From assembly GCA_951406725.2 (NCBI GenBank), contig OX597823.1:39246001-39310000 (forward strand): DNA of 64,000 nt. The letters are read 5' to 3'. This DNA comes from Octopus vulgaris (Eukaryota). Shown one piece after another: positions 26,461-39,444 of this stretch (position 1 is the stretch's first letter; every line of letters starts with the position of its first letter). Under the pieces are notes generated by a model. That model had not been told where the DNA came from and made no database searches. It saw only the letters and a list, made by a program, of their open reading frames with translations. Made by a program: the position numbers and the translations under genes.

Positions 26461-26465
<5 letters not shown>
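26031..26465. mobile_element. Unclassified CpG-rich element inserted in (TA)n
   Basis: TA repeats on both sides, CpGs intact, several hairpins, TATATAAA at 26116; right end recurs at 805-871. Confidence 0.55.
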
Positions 26466-26501
<36 letters not shown>

Positions 26502-26638
26502 ATATATATACCCTTGAAAAATGTAGGAGTATTTTAGCCTTGTGTAAGTATGAGACTGTTATTGCGGACAGAATACAAAGGAGGAACAGTTAAATATTGT
26601 AGTCTCTCCCCACAAAAGCTATTGTATATCCATAAAGT

Positions 26639-26687
<49 letters not shown>

Positions 26688-27364
26688 CATACATACATAT
26701 ACACATATACATACATACACATATACATACATACACATACACACATACATACATACATACATACATATTATATATATACACACACACACATATATACATA
26801 TATATATATCAGCAACGGTACCAAATGCACTTCTATTTTGTACTGATTGATAAAGACACGACAGCATAAACATCATTCAGGCATTGCAGAATGAAAGATT
26901 CAGCATCATTTCTGACTTGTTTTTGCTCATTGTCCATACAGGTCAATTAGGAGTCAGACAGAGTGGTGTAATGGTGAAGAGATCAGCTCTGGTTGCTGTC
27001 ACATGGTGGCTTTATATCCAAGTAAAACTTGATATCCATGAGGAGTAAAGGAAATTGTCCGCAATACAATTAACTTGCCCTTGTTATTGCTGGTCCCTCA
27101 ACAGTTGCTAAGATATGAAGGTTTGTTGCTGTCTTGCCTACTCTTTTATTCTTTTACTTCTTTCAATTCTCTGACTGTGGCCATGCTGGAGCACCACTTT
27201 GAATGGTTTTAGTTGAACAAACCGACTGCAGGACTTATTTCTTAAGCTAAGTTAGGGGGATGTAAACACACCAACATCAGTTGTTAAGTGGTGATGGGGA
27301 ACAAACACGAACACAAAGATACATATACGCACACACATACACACCTACATACATACAGCCATAC

Positions 27365-27404
<40 letters not shown>

Positions 27405-27619
27405 ATACAATGAACTTCTTTCAGTATTTGTCTACCAAATCCACTCACACAGTTTTGGTCAGCCTGAGACTATAGTAGAAGACACTTGCCCAAGGTACCA
27501 TGCAGTGAGACTGAACCTGGAACCATGTGGTTGGGAAGCCAGCTTTTTACTACAGCCATGCCTACACCTAATATAATTTCCTTCTGCTTTTTTTCTTTCA
27601 TGAAATATTATCTGGATGC

Positions 27620-28040
27620 TGGGTCTCTTGGAAGTGATGACAAATGCCTGAGACTGTTGGCAATTTGCTGTGCTTGAGAAGAGATGTCAAGCATAGTGAA
27701 ATCATAGTTTTAGCCAGTGCCAGTGACACAGAAAAGGCACCTGTGCCGGTGACATGTTAAAGGCAACTATGTTGGTGACATGTTAAAGGCATCCATACTG
27801 GTGACACATAATAGGTGCCCATGCTGGCCACACATAAAAGCCACATATGCCGGTGATTCGTTAAAGGCACCTGGTACACTCTATGGAGTGGATGGTGTTA
27901 GGAAAGGCATCCAGCCATAGAAACCATGCCAAAACAGACTGGAACCTGGTGCAGCTCTCCAGCTTGCCAGTTCCAGTCAAATTGTCTAACCTATGCCATC
28001 ATGGAAAATGGATGCGAACTGATGATGATGATGATGATGA
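27620..28040 (+). mobile_element. RTE LINE 3' end with internal 23-26 nt minisatellite and (GAT)n tail
   Basis: Same 3' UTR (TTAGGAAGGGCATCCAGC...CCAACCCATGCCAGCATGG...GATGAT) at about 6270, 22030, 37885, 50200, 51670 (-), 62840; linked to RTE coding sequence at 49955-50450. Confidence 0.75.
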
Positions 28041-28070
28041 AATCCATGAAGGAAAAGTTTTAAAATAAAG

Positions 28071-28490
28071 GCACAGGAGTGGCTGCGTGGTAAGTAGCTT
28101 GCTTACCAACCACATGGTTCTGGGTTCAGTCCCACTGCGTGACATCTTGGGCAAGTGTCTTCTGCTATAGCCTCGGACCAACCAATGCCTTGTGAGTGGA
28201 TTTGGTAGACGGAAACTGAAAGAAACCTGTCGTATATATGTATATATATATATGTATGTGTGTGTATATGTTTGTGTGTCTGTGTTTGTCCCCCTAGCAT
28301 TGCTTGACAACCGATGCTGGTGTGTTTACGTCCCTGTCACTTAGCGGTTCGGCAAAAGAGACCGATAGAATAAGTACTGGGCTTACAAAGAATAAGTCCC
28401 GGGGTCGATTTGCTTGATTAAAGGCGGTGCTCCAGCATGGCCGCAGTCAAATGACTGAAACAAGTAAAAAGAGAAAGAGAGAAAGAGAAA
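28071..28490 (+). mobile_element. SINE family B, full length (tRNA head, CORE-like CTTGGGCAAGT, internal TG/TA tract)
   Basis: A box TGGCTGCGTGG, B box GGTTCAGTCCC; further copies near 15475, 20670, 27145, 28750, 30305, 32535, 44775, 48795, 54560. Confidence 0.9.
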
Positions 28491-29189
28491 GAGTGAAATA
28501 CTGTACTCAAGTAAATTTTATGGGAGATGAATGAACAAAATGAGTAGACGTGACAGAAACTAGGTGTGGGCAAGTACATTTATACTCCAGTAGCATGTGT
28601 AAACTTGAATGGAGAAAGTGTTCAACAAATATAAGGATGGGGCATGGAAGATTTATTTATTCATAAATACACACACACATGCGTACACATACATGCATAC
28701 AACTCTCTTTGTGTTTCATACTAAGTGTGTGTGTGTATGCGTGTGTATACTTTTACTTGTTTCAGTCACATGACTTCAATCATGCTGAGGGCTCTGCTTT
28801 GAAGAGTTTTTGTCAAATAAATCAACTCTACCACTTATTTTCAAGCCTGTAACTTATTTTATTGGCCCCTTTTGTTGAACCACTAAATTATAGGGACATA
28901 AACAAACCAACAATGGTTGTCAAGCGGCCCTCGAGATGGTGGTGCAACACACACAACAAGCTTCCACAAATTTTCTTTCTGTCTACCAAATTTACTCACG
29001 AGGCACTGGTTGGCACAAGGCTATGGTAGAAAGCACTTGCTCAAGGTGCCACTTAGTGGGACTGAGCCCCAAACCATATGGTTATTAAATAAGTTCCTTG
29101 ATCACACAGTCATGTCTGCACCTGAATAATAGACTGTGGAGAATACATACATTCAAATACACACACACACATATGTATAAATGTGTGTA

Positions 29190-29224
<35 letters not shown>

Positions 29225-29684
29225 TATTATTATTATATATATATGTATGTATATATATATAATAGGTTTATGCAATAGAATTTGTAATCAGTACCCCATT
29301 CTTCTTTGCATTTATTTCTACAGATTTTTGATATTCTTTTGTTAAAAGATAACAACAATAAAAATAATAATAATAATGATAATAATACACCCTTCCATCA
29401 TCATTCTTATTACACCTTTTCTTCTCCTGCCTCTTCCATTAGATGTGAAGAGATAATTCCGGTTAACAGTCTAAATATACAAAGACAGGAGAAGTTTACT
29501 TAAAAGTGTCTCAGGGGAAATTTTCATGTGCCCCCTAAAAGTTGCTCTAGAAATATAAGCAGTGATGTTATATTCATTATTCGGAGACTGAAGAGAAATA
29601 AGCTTTCAGATTCTTCATGAAAAAATATACAAAACTACAAAATAAAAAGTTTCAAATACACACACACACACACACACATATGCA

Positions 29685-29728
<44 letters not shown>

Positions 29729-29802
29729 CATATATTTATATGTGTGTATATGTACATATATGTGTGTGTGTATATATATGTGTGTGTGTGTGTGTATGTG
29801 TA

Positions 29803-29833
<31 letters not shown>

Positions 29834-31443
29834 GTATATGTGTATGTATATGTGTATGTATACATGTTTGTATATATGTGTATATATATATATGTGTGTG
29901 TATGTATATATGTGTGTGTATATATATATGCATGCTTGTATGTATAAAAAATTTCATTGCAAAAGTAAAAATTCCCGGAGTGGATATGAAAAAGCAATAG
30001 GGACAACCAGAGATTGAATTCAGGAATGGTAAAGGTTGATATTAAGACAGAAGCTTTTATAAAGACAGAACAAACAGAGAAAAAAAGTAACTATTTTTTT
30101 TTTTTTGCTTTCTTCTCTCAACAATGAATACAGCTGTTGGAATTATACCAACTTAATGCCAAAAATTTTCTAAACGCATACTGCAAACCCTCCCACCTTA
30201 CTTTTTCACTTTGCATTTTTACAAAAATCATTAACAAAATACAAAAACATAAAATGAAATGAAAAAGGTATAATGGTATAAAGTGTGTGTGTGTATATTT
30301 ATTATCTTTCACTTGTTTCAGTCATTTGATTGCAGCCATGCTGGAGCACTGTCTTAAAGGGTTTTGTTTAATAAATTGACTATGGTACTTATTCCATCAG
30401 TCTACTTTGCTGAACTGCTAAAGAACAAAATGTAAACAAACCAACACTGGTTGTCAAACGGTGGTGGTGGTGGGGAACAAACACAACATAAATACAAAGA
30501 CACACACACACACATACACACACATACACACACACAAAATGTGCTTTCTCCCAGTTTGTCTGAACCAAATTTACTCACAAGGCATGGGTTGACTCAAGGC
30601 CATAGTAGAAGACACTTATCCTAAGTGCCATGTACTGGGACCGAACCCAAAACCATGTGGTTGAGAAGTTAACTTCTAACCACACAGCCACACCTCTACC
30701 GACATAAATATCGTCTTTTTGATATTTTCATCAGATGAGAACATTTTTGGAATCTGTGGATTAGTTCGTTCCTGCTACCCTAACCCAGATACACTTTATA
30801 GAAAGCTAATTAGGTAGACTTAACCTATTATACAATCCTGGCCACACATCTAAATTGATAAAGATGTATCTCTGATTACATATTGGGTTACAACTGAACA
30901 GTTTTGCCAGAGTTGGCACTACTATCAAACACATTTAATTTGGCTTCTTCTCCTTCTTCTTCTGGTCATTAAATATGTGTTTTGAGTTGGTTGTCTCTCA
31001 TTGTTTAAGATATGAAGTTTGTGGTACCACCCTACCTCAGGTGGCTCCAATAAATTACTTTAAAAAAACAGCAATGTAAACATCATTTATTAAAGTACAA
31101 TATCATAGATTATGCAACCCACAAATGTCAATGACATGTCATTTATTAGCAGTGTTTCTCACAGGAAGGGTGCGACTGTGTAAGGATTTAAAGTAGGAGT
31201 GAACAAACATATAATAAGGTATTTAAAAAATTAAAATGGGCTTTGAAAACACCATAGTATAGGACACCATAGTATAGAATGCCATAGTATAGAAAATAAA
31301 ATTATTTGGGCACAAAAAAACTGCATTACATCAGGTAATTGATACTGAGAGTGGAAGGATAAAATTTTCACAAATATATTTTTAGGGGATGGGGCAAGGC
31401 TTGTCTTTTTTAAAACCAGTGATTTATAGGCTAAATAATAGAT

Positions 31444-31496
<53 letters not shown>

Positions 31497-31538
31497 TACA
31501 TATATATATATGCATACACACACACACATATATATATG

Positions 31539-31587
<49 letters not shown>

Positions 31588-31987
31588 TTCTGTGTGAGTT
31601 AGAGGTTGAGAAACCAACTAAGGGATAGTACATAGCCAATATACTGCTGGTGGTGTACCCAATTATTCATACCCAAGTGCTAGTTATTGTGTGGCAAACT
31701 CGTAACATAGTGTTATATATGGGCGGGGGAAAAAAAGTGGTTTGTCCTTGATTTATACAACAAATAAGAAAGTGGAGAGGATATAAAATTGACAAACATC
31801 AGCCGATAAACATTTCAGTATGTCTATTTATTCCAATGCATTAGATGAACACATACACATCTATTAGTAGTACAGAATATCAAATAGAAAGAGCTTGTAA
31901 TTGTAAGAACAAAGGTGTGGAAGCATATAATCATATAGGAACAGGTGATTAATTGAGTAAATGAGCAAATGTCAGTAGGTGCTAGTT

Positions 31988-32109
31988 CCTTACAGCCGTT
32001 TCTACCAAGAGGCAATGAAATCTTACAGGTTATCTCCATCTCTTCAGTGTTATACAGGGATGAGCAGGTAATGCTTGGGTATTGAATGTGCCTCAAGGTT
32101 CTTCAGAGG
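31988..32109 (-). ncRNA. Type I hammerhead ribozyme with long helix II, core intact
   Basis: Minus: CCT-CTGAAGA-ACCttGAGGCA...74 nt...TGCCTCttGGT-A-GAAAC-GGCT-GT-A-AGG; helix I CCT/AGG; GUA site at 31991. Confidence 0.7.
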
Positions 32110-33084
32110 GTCTAAGTGGTTGGGAGAGTTTTTTATATGCATACATACATATCATCATCATCATTTAACGTCCGCTTTCCATGCTAGCATGATGCATGTA
32201 TATATATATATACATGTATACATATACATAAATATATATATATATATACATATACACTTGTATACATATATATGTACATGCATACATATATATATGCATA
32301 TACATATATATATATATGCATATATATGTATATATGCATACATGCATATATATATACATGCATGCACACATACACACATATATATATGCATGCATACATA
32401 CATATATACATGTATAAATATATAGATATATATACATGCATATATATATGCATACATATATATATACATACATATACATATATATGCACACACACACACA
32501 TATATGCATACATATATATTATATATAAATATGACAGTCGTCTTTCAGATTATGTCTACCCAATCTTCTCACAAGTCTTTGGTCAGTCTGAGGCTATTGA
32601 AGAAAACACTTGCCCAAGGTGTCATACAGTTGGACTGAACCTGGAACCATGTGGTTTTGAAGCAAGCTTCTTACCACACACCCATACCTATAAATATATA
32701 AATTTTGTTATCATCACCATTGTATGTACGTATGAATGTACATACTTACATACATACATAAAGAGTGAGAGAGAAGGAGATTTGTTACATGTTTAATTAA
32801 TAACCATATATTTAGTCTAGTGGTGCAAACAGACCTCTTCAATTGAGGAACTTTCAGCAGCTTAGAATGAGGATCAAATCAACTAGTTTCACATTTCATT
32901 ACAAAGTCCTTAGGGATCACTTATTTCTGTTTATCAAGCTGTCAATGTTAAGAAGCAGAGAGCCACTTATAAAAAATGATTTATAGGCAGCACAACTTAA
33001 TTTACATAATGGTTGGCAGTGTGGTTAGGAATAAATAAAGATACAAAGTCATATTTTTAACAAACAATTTCCTTGCACTCCTTA

Positions 33085-33400
33085 ACACAGATTAGGTGAG
33101 GGCCACAAATAGAATAGTGTTACATGTCTGGGACAGTGGTGCCTCTATCCACACTGACTTCTTATACCAAATCCAGAAAAGGGCCATCTCACTGATTGAC
33201 ATAAAGTCACTCAGATATGATCCAGTCTAGTCTCTGGCCCATGACTGAAGTGTTTCCTGTGTCTGCCTTTTCTCTCACTACTATAATGGTCGCTGCTCTT
33301 TGGAGTTGGATGGGTTGATGCTCAACTTTACTTTGGCATTCTCAAGCCATTCATCTCTCCTAATGTCATCACCTTTCTATCCAATCCTACCAAGTCCTTC
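33085..33400 (+). mobile_element. Degenerate CR1/L2-group LINE ORF2 fragment
   Basis: HVWDSGAS..QIQKRAISLIDIKSL..SVSCVCLFSHYYNGRCSLEL; same family as 1-400. Confidence 0.7.
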
Positions 33401-33800
33401 ATTAACAACAAGGCCCAACCCTTCTCCCCCTCCATACCCTCTTCCCTCTAGAATTCTCTCTTTGTTTATGTCTGACTTGTAAATGGTTCAAGGGGGAACA
33501 TTAATGTCATCATCCTCATTGGTCTTGGAGGGCTAGAAAGGCTATAGGCACTTCCTCTTCCTTCACACCCAGCAATCGATAACAAAACTAGACATATTTC
33601 ATCTTGGTGTAAAAGTTAAACTATATAACCATCAATGAATAAAAGATGAACAGACAATTTAATCCAATTTAGTGGTTTAGTTGCAGATCAGGTCTGGTCT
33701 GGTCAAGTAACATAGGTACTCAAGCCATAGTAATCCAATCTTTTGTTTTCCTGGACACAGCACCTCGTAGACTACATCATCCAATGTATTCTTTATTTAA

Positions 33801-34021
33801 CTCTTTAGCATTTAAACCAGCCATATCTGGTCCAAAAAATTCAAACTGTTTTATGTTGAAACTGGCCCAATCCAGCAGCTCACACCTAGACCACAATGTC
33901 ATTCTAAAAATAAATGTTCATATCTTTAAAATCTTGAAGCTACAAGACAATATATGATTAATTTTAAAAAAAGTGGATAAATAAGCATTATATTTGATAA
34001 ATTAATCTGAATGCTAAATGG
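33801..34021. mobile_element. piggyBac-like MITE (family 1)
   Basis: TTAA at 33797-33800 and 34022-34025; TIR CTCTTTAGCATT/AATGCTAAATGG; other copies 57039-57253 and 62315-62530. Confidence 0.8.
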
Positions 34022-34027
34022 TTAAGA

Positions 34028-34369
34028 CTGGTTCTCAACCCTTTTTTTTTTTACTTATGGATCCCTTTGATTACTATTTTATTCTGGTAGACCCCCATAG
34101 CCATTTGATGCTTAAAACAAGTTTTATAAATATTTCTTTCAAAATTCCGATGTTGCTGTTCACCCATCAACTTGTGTAGGTTGAACTATGTAAAATGTTA
34201 GTGAAAGAAATCTTACTGTTTCTTACAATAAATAGATCTAAAACCAAATATTTTCATGGGCCCTTAAAATATTACTGTGAACACCTAATTTACAATTTTG
34301 CTTACGTGGACCCCACCAAAATCTTACATGAACCCCCCAAAATCTTATAGAAACCCCTGAGAACCACTG
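34028..34369. mobile_element. hAT (Charlie-like) MITE
   Basis: Ends C(AG)TGGTTCTCA / TGAGAACCACTG; 8-bp TSD ATTTAAGA, the left copy split by the piggyBac-like MITE. Confidence 0.75.
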
Positions 34370-35334
34370 ATTTAAGATAATAGAGTATTATCTGAGTAAG
34401 ATCTGGCTGTTGTTTTTAGCAGGTTGAACACAGAGGCTACCTCATTTGTTCAACTGTTGTAAAAACCACTTTGAGGAATGTGAAGACATAGGCTGGAAAG
34501 CAGAGTATTTTTCAATTGAAGTTGGATGTAAAGGATTGATTGGACAGTGTGAGGTGATTGTTGTAGTTGCTAGGCCTAACTCATCATAAAGCAAATACCA
34601 ACATGAGTGATATCCAGACTACAGTGGAGAAGGCAAGCCAATGGATTTGGTTAAAAAAGATGATGAGCAATGGATCGAAGATTATTGAGTGAAACCTAGT
34701 AACTGATTGATCTAGCAAGTGAGGCTGCATCTCATTGAGGATAGCTGGCGTACAATAAAGCTGTCAAGAGGAGGGCCCTAAAATGGCACAGATTCTCTCT
34801 GATGATCCTAAAAGCTTGCTAGCATCTTGTATGTAGAGATTTCAACTGATGGAACTTGCATCTGCAAGTTGTTTCCAAAAAACAATTGATTAATATTCTC
34901 AATAAAGAAACAACATGGACCATTCATATAACATTCACGCAATACAAATTAATGTTAACAAATGGACATTATCAAGGTTTTAACATTCATGTTTCGATCC
35001 CAGCATGGGTCGGACAGACATTGGATGATAAAGAAATGGCAAAAAGAAGCAAAATAACAAAAACTGATGCAGCTACAAACAAAATGTATTTTATTAGTGT
35101 GATTAGTTTGTGTTATTTTAAAAGATAATTTAGCTCCAGCACCCAGAATTTAGAATTTTAGAAAAGTCATATTAAAAATAGGTATGAGTAATCCAGTGGA
35201 ATCATGAACATCCCTAAAGGATTCCAGTAACTTTTACCAACTTTCATCATAAAAATAGTGTTTGATATCTATTTTTAAAAACAGCTGTCTCCTCTATTTA
35301 AAACATTGCTTATCAGATAATTTCCCCTATTCCA

Positions 35335-36079
<745 letters not shown>

Positions 36080-36111
36080 ATGGATATTATATATATTAAA
36101 GATATTATGTA

Positions 36112-36898
36112 CATTGGGTTGTCCCGAAAGGTTGTGCTGATTTATAGTAGCTTACCTTTTGACTTATTTTAGAACATGGTTGAGTCCATAAAATAGGATT
36201 TGACTACACTTCCATTTAGAGCACAGTTTAAGCTATCTTTTCGTGGAAGAAGATTTATGTTCCTATAACCTGTGTTAATTCTGTAACCCTTTAAAATGGA
36301 AGATAAGACAGTTCATTTTTGGCACTTGATGCTTTTCTTTTTTCATAAAGGGAAAAATGCCTCACAAGCAACCAAAGAAATAGTCTTGCTTGTGTCTGGT
36401 GGGATTGGAAAGGGATTCTGTACTATGAGTTTCTCCCAAGTAACCAGACAATTAATTCTGAGAAATACTGCACACAACTGGACAAATTAAAAGCAGCAAT
36501 TCAAGAGAAATGTCCAGAATTGGCCAACAGGTAGGGTGTTGCTTTCCAAAGCATGTTTCTTTGGGAACCAGACAAATATTGCAGCAGCTCAGCTGGAATG
36601 TGTTACCCCACCCTCCATATTCACCAGATATTGTTCCTTCGGATTTCCACTTATTCAGGTCTCTGCAGAATAGTGTTAATAGTAAAAATTTTAATTCCTT
36701 AGATGACATAAAAAGCTACCTTGATGAATTTTTGCCATGAAACCACCTTAATTCTGGGGAGAGGGTATATTCAAGTTAAAGGAAAAATGGAGATGCATTG
36801 TGCAACAAAATGGTTCATATTTGGTTGATTTAAAATGTAATGGCAAGTATTTATTGTCCTTTTTCTTTCCTTTAAAAATTGGCATGAACTTCCTGGAC

Positions 36899-36899
<1 letters not shown>
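36112..36899 (+). mobile_element. Internally deleted mariner transposon (DD34D type)
   Basis: Imperfect TIRs TGTCCCGAAAGGTTGTGCTGATTT / AAATTGGCATGAACTTCCTGGACA; MEDKTVHFWHLMLFFFHKGKNASQA, VWWDWKGILYYEFL, WNVLPHPPYSPDIVPSDFHLFRSLQN; stops, frameshifts and deletions. Confidence 0.92.
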
Positions 36900-36938
<39 letters not shown>

Positions 36939-36958
36939 ATATATATATGTATATATAT

Positions 36959-37264
36959 ACTAGCTGGTGTACCTGGTAACTCCTAGGGGTAAAGATGTTC
37001 TATTGAAATGCCTTATTACTCTGATATATGAAAGCAATTTCAGTATACCTGCCACAAAAGGTGTATTTTCTGTTACAAAAAAGAACAAAAAACTGTCAGC
37101 TGGAGGAGAGAGAGATAGTTGGAGGTTGGCGAGAGATGTTTTCGGAGGCTAGCAAGAAAGATTGTCGGAGGTTGGTGAGAGAGGTTGTTGGAGGTTGGTG
37201 AGAGGCAAAGATATTATTTTGCTTTGCGAAGGCATCTGGGAAATGTATAACTGCTGTCATTCAC
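36959..37264 (-). mobile_element. Helitron-like 3' end, same family as 4447-6270
   Basis: A|CTAG end with an adjacent GC-richer imperfect hairpin segment; matches 4452-4590 and 4915-4975. Confidence 0.65.
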
Positions 37265-37520
37265 AGAATTGGATGTCTAGCATATTAGATGTCCACTTAG
37301 TGGTCATCCCTTATTATACGCATGTATTACAATTTTTCTGAGTTTTCAGATTTTTCTATACGCTAGGCTACTGGTTTTAAATTGATGTTAATCAAATTTA
37401 TATTCAATTTATTGCTCTCATTATCTAAATTTATACATGCATAAATACATACACATACACACACATATATACATACACACATACATACATACTTATAGAT
37501 ATATATATTATAGATATATA

Positions 37521-37579
<59 letters not shown>

Positions 37580-37583
<4 letters not shown>

Positions 37584-37790
37584 TAAAAAGGAAATGAAGA
37601 AAATGCTGACAAATAATTGAAGTAATTTAAGTAATTTAATTAGGTGAAAGTTCTTTGGTTGCGCATTTGTTATGCTTATTTTGATAAGCATAACAAATGC
37701 GCAACCGGTAAAAAGAACTTTCACCTAATTAAATTACTTAAATTACTTCAATTATTTGTCAGCATTTTCTTCTATTTCCTTTTTTATATA
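37580..37790. repeat. Near-perfect 210-bp palindrome in (TA)n with a variant hammerhead motif at its centre
   Basis: Arms 37580-37679 and 37684-37790, 4-nt loop; a 5-nt indel and minor differences. Confidence 0.9.
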
Positions 37791-39364
37791 TCACCACTCG
37801 TGTTCGACATCTCCTTTTTTTAAATATATACATATATATATATATATATATACATACATACATATATATTATAGGTATATATAACATGGCGTTAGGAAGG
37901 GCATCCAGCTGTAGAAACATTGCCAGATAAGACTGGAGCTTGGTGCAGCCTTCTGGCTTCCCAGATCCCTGGTCGAACCGTCCAACCCATGCTAGCATGG
38001 AGAACGGACGTTAAACGATGATGATGATGATATATATATATAAAAGGCAGGATGTGTATGTGAATGTAATTTATGCACATCCACAAATTAGCACGCATGT
38101 CGCTCCAATTTTAGGAGGACATTCATCACGACCCTAGTTGTATTTTCGTCAAATTATTTTCCCCTGAGGCACCAGCGAATAGCAGTAAAAATAAATTTTC
38201 AGCCATAACTTAACAATTTTCATGGCACAGAAATCCACCATTGTTTACAAACATGAGTTAAGTCCCCTTCTAGCGACGGGTAAGTTTTTGTTAAGACATT
38301 TGTTTTTTTTTTCTACTGAGGAAAAACGTGTTTTGTCAGTATACGAGCAGCATACACACACACACATGAAGATGTATGCATACAAAAAGCATGTATGCAA
38401 TAGGTGTATGTATGTGTGTGTGTGTTGCCCATATATACATATATACTTAGGATTTAGCTTTGATCTGAGCATAATGTAGAGTTAGTTGAGTACAGAGAGG
38501 TAATATGAAAATGAGATGGCAGAGGAATAAACGATTATCTTATAAACATTATTAGCTAAGATAATCTTTTATTCCTTTGTCATCTCATTCTAGATATAGA
38601 TATGTAGATATAAATATAAATTATGTAAGCACAAGCATGGCTGTGTTGTTGAAAAGTTTGTTTCACAATAACCCACAAGGCTGGGACTATAGCAGAAGAC
38701 ACTGGCTCAAGGTGCCACACTACAGGATTGAACCGAAGCCATGAGGTTGGGAAATGAACTACTTAACCATATAACCATATACATTCATACAAATACAAAT
38801 GTATGTGTATACATGCATGTGTGATTGTGTGTGTGTTGAGTGCATGTGTATGTGTGTGTTCATATTTACAAATTCCAAACTATTTTAAAGCAAACAGTTT
38901 CATATGTATGCTTGAAATAGATTCATTTGTTGTCATCATAAAAATGTATAAACATCTAATATTGTTGCTTAATTCTATTCTTCTGAATATCATAAATATG
39001 CAACATCATAAATATTTGTGTCTCCTTCCTTCAAATAGAACTTTAATAAATAACACCTAATTAATAGCTATATAACACATATTACAACTAATAACAACAA
39101 CTACTAGTAACAATAATTAACATTGCTGACATAAATACCTAAGATATTTAATTCTTTTATACTTCCTCAATAAGGTGACCAACTAGTAGAATTGTAAGAG
39201 CGTTGAATAGAATGTCATATGGTAATTGCCCAAGTTCTCTATGCTCTGAGTTCATATTGCATCAATGTCTGCTTGGCCTTTCATCCTTCCTGGTTCAATA
39301 AATGAAGTACCATTCCCGCACTGAAATTAGCTTTTCTCTTTTTCCATTTCTGTCTGTTTGTCAG

Positions 39365-39444
39365 TCTTCTGCAAGACATCAACTGTAGCCAGGACCTGGA
39401 GAAGGAATGGCTCTATGTTCAAAAAAAGATGCCCAAGACTCACT
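39365..39444 (+). CDS. Candidate internal coding exon of an unidentified host gene (xLLQDINCSQDLEKEWLYVQKKMPKTHx)
   Basis: 30-nt pyrimidine tract plus CAG acceptor, GTATGT donor, 80 nt, open non-repetitive frame; no partner exon identified. Confidence 0.5.

Noticed and set aside
27720-27875. CRISPR-like spaced repeats
   Set aside because: Head-to-tail minisatellite without unique spacers inside an RTE 3' UTR; eukaryotic context.
30705-30735. Minus CTGATGA plus 7-bp hairpin
   Set aside because: No GAAA or helix III.
34560-34860. Possible L2 ORF2 remnant on minus strand (QIHWL)
   Set aside because: Single short motif; too decayed to call.
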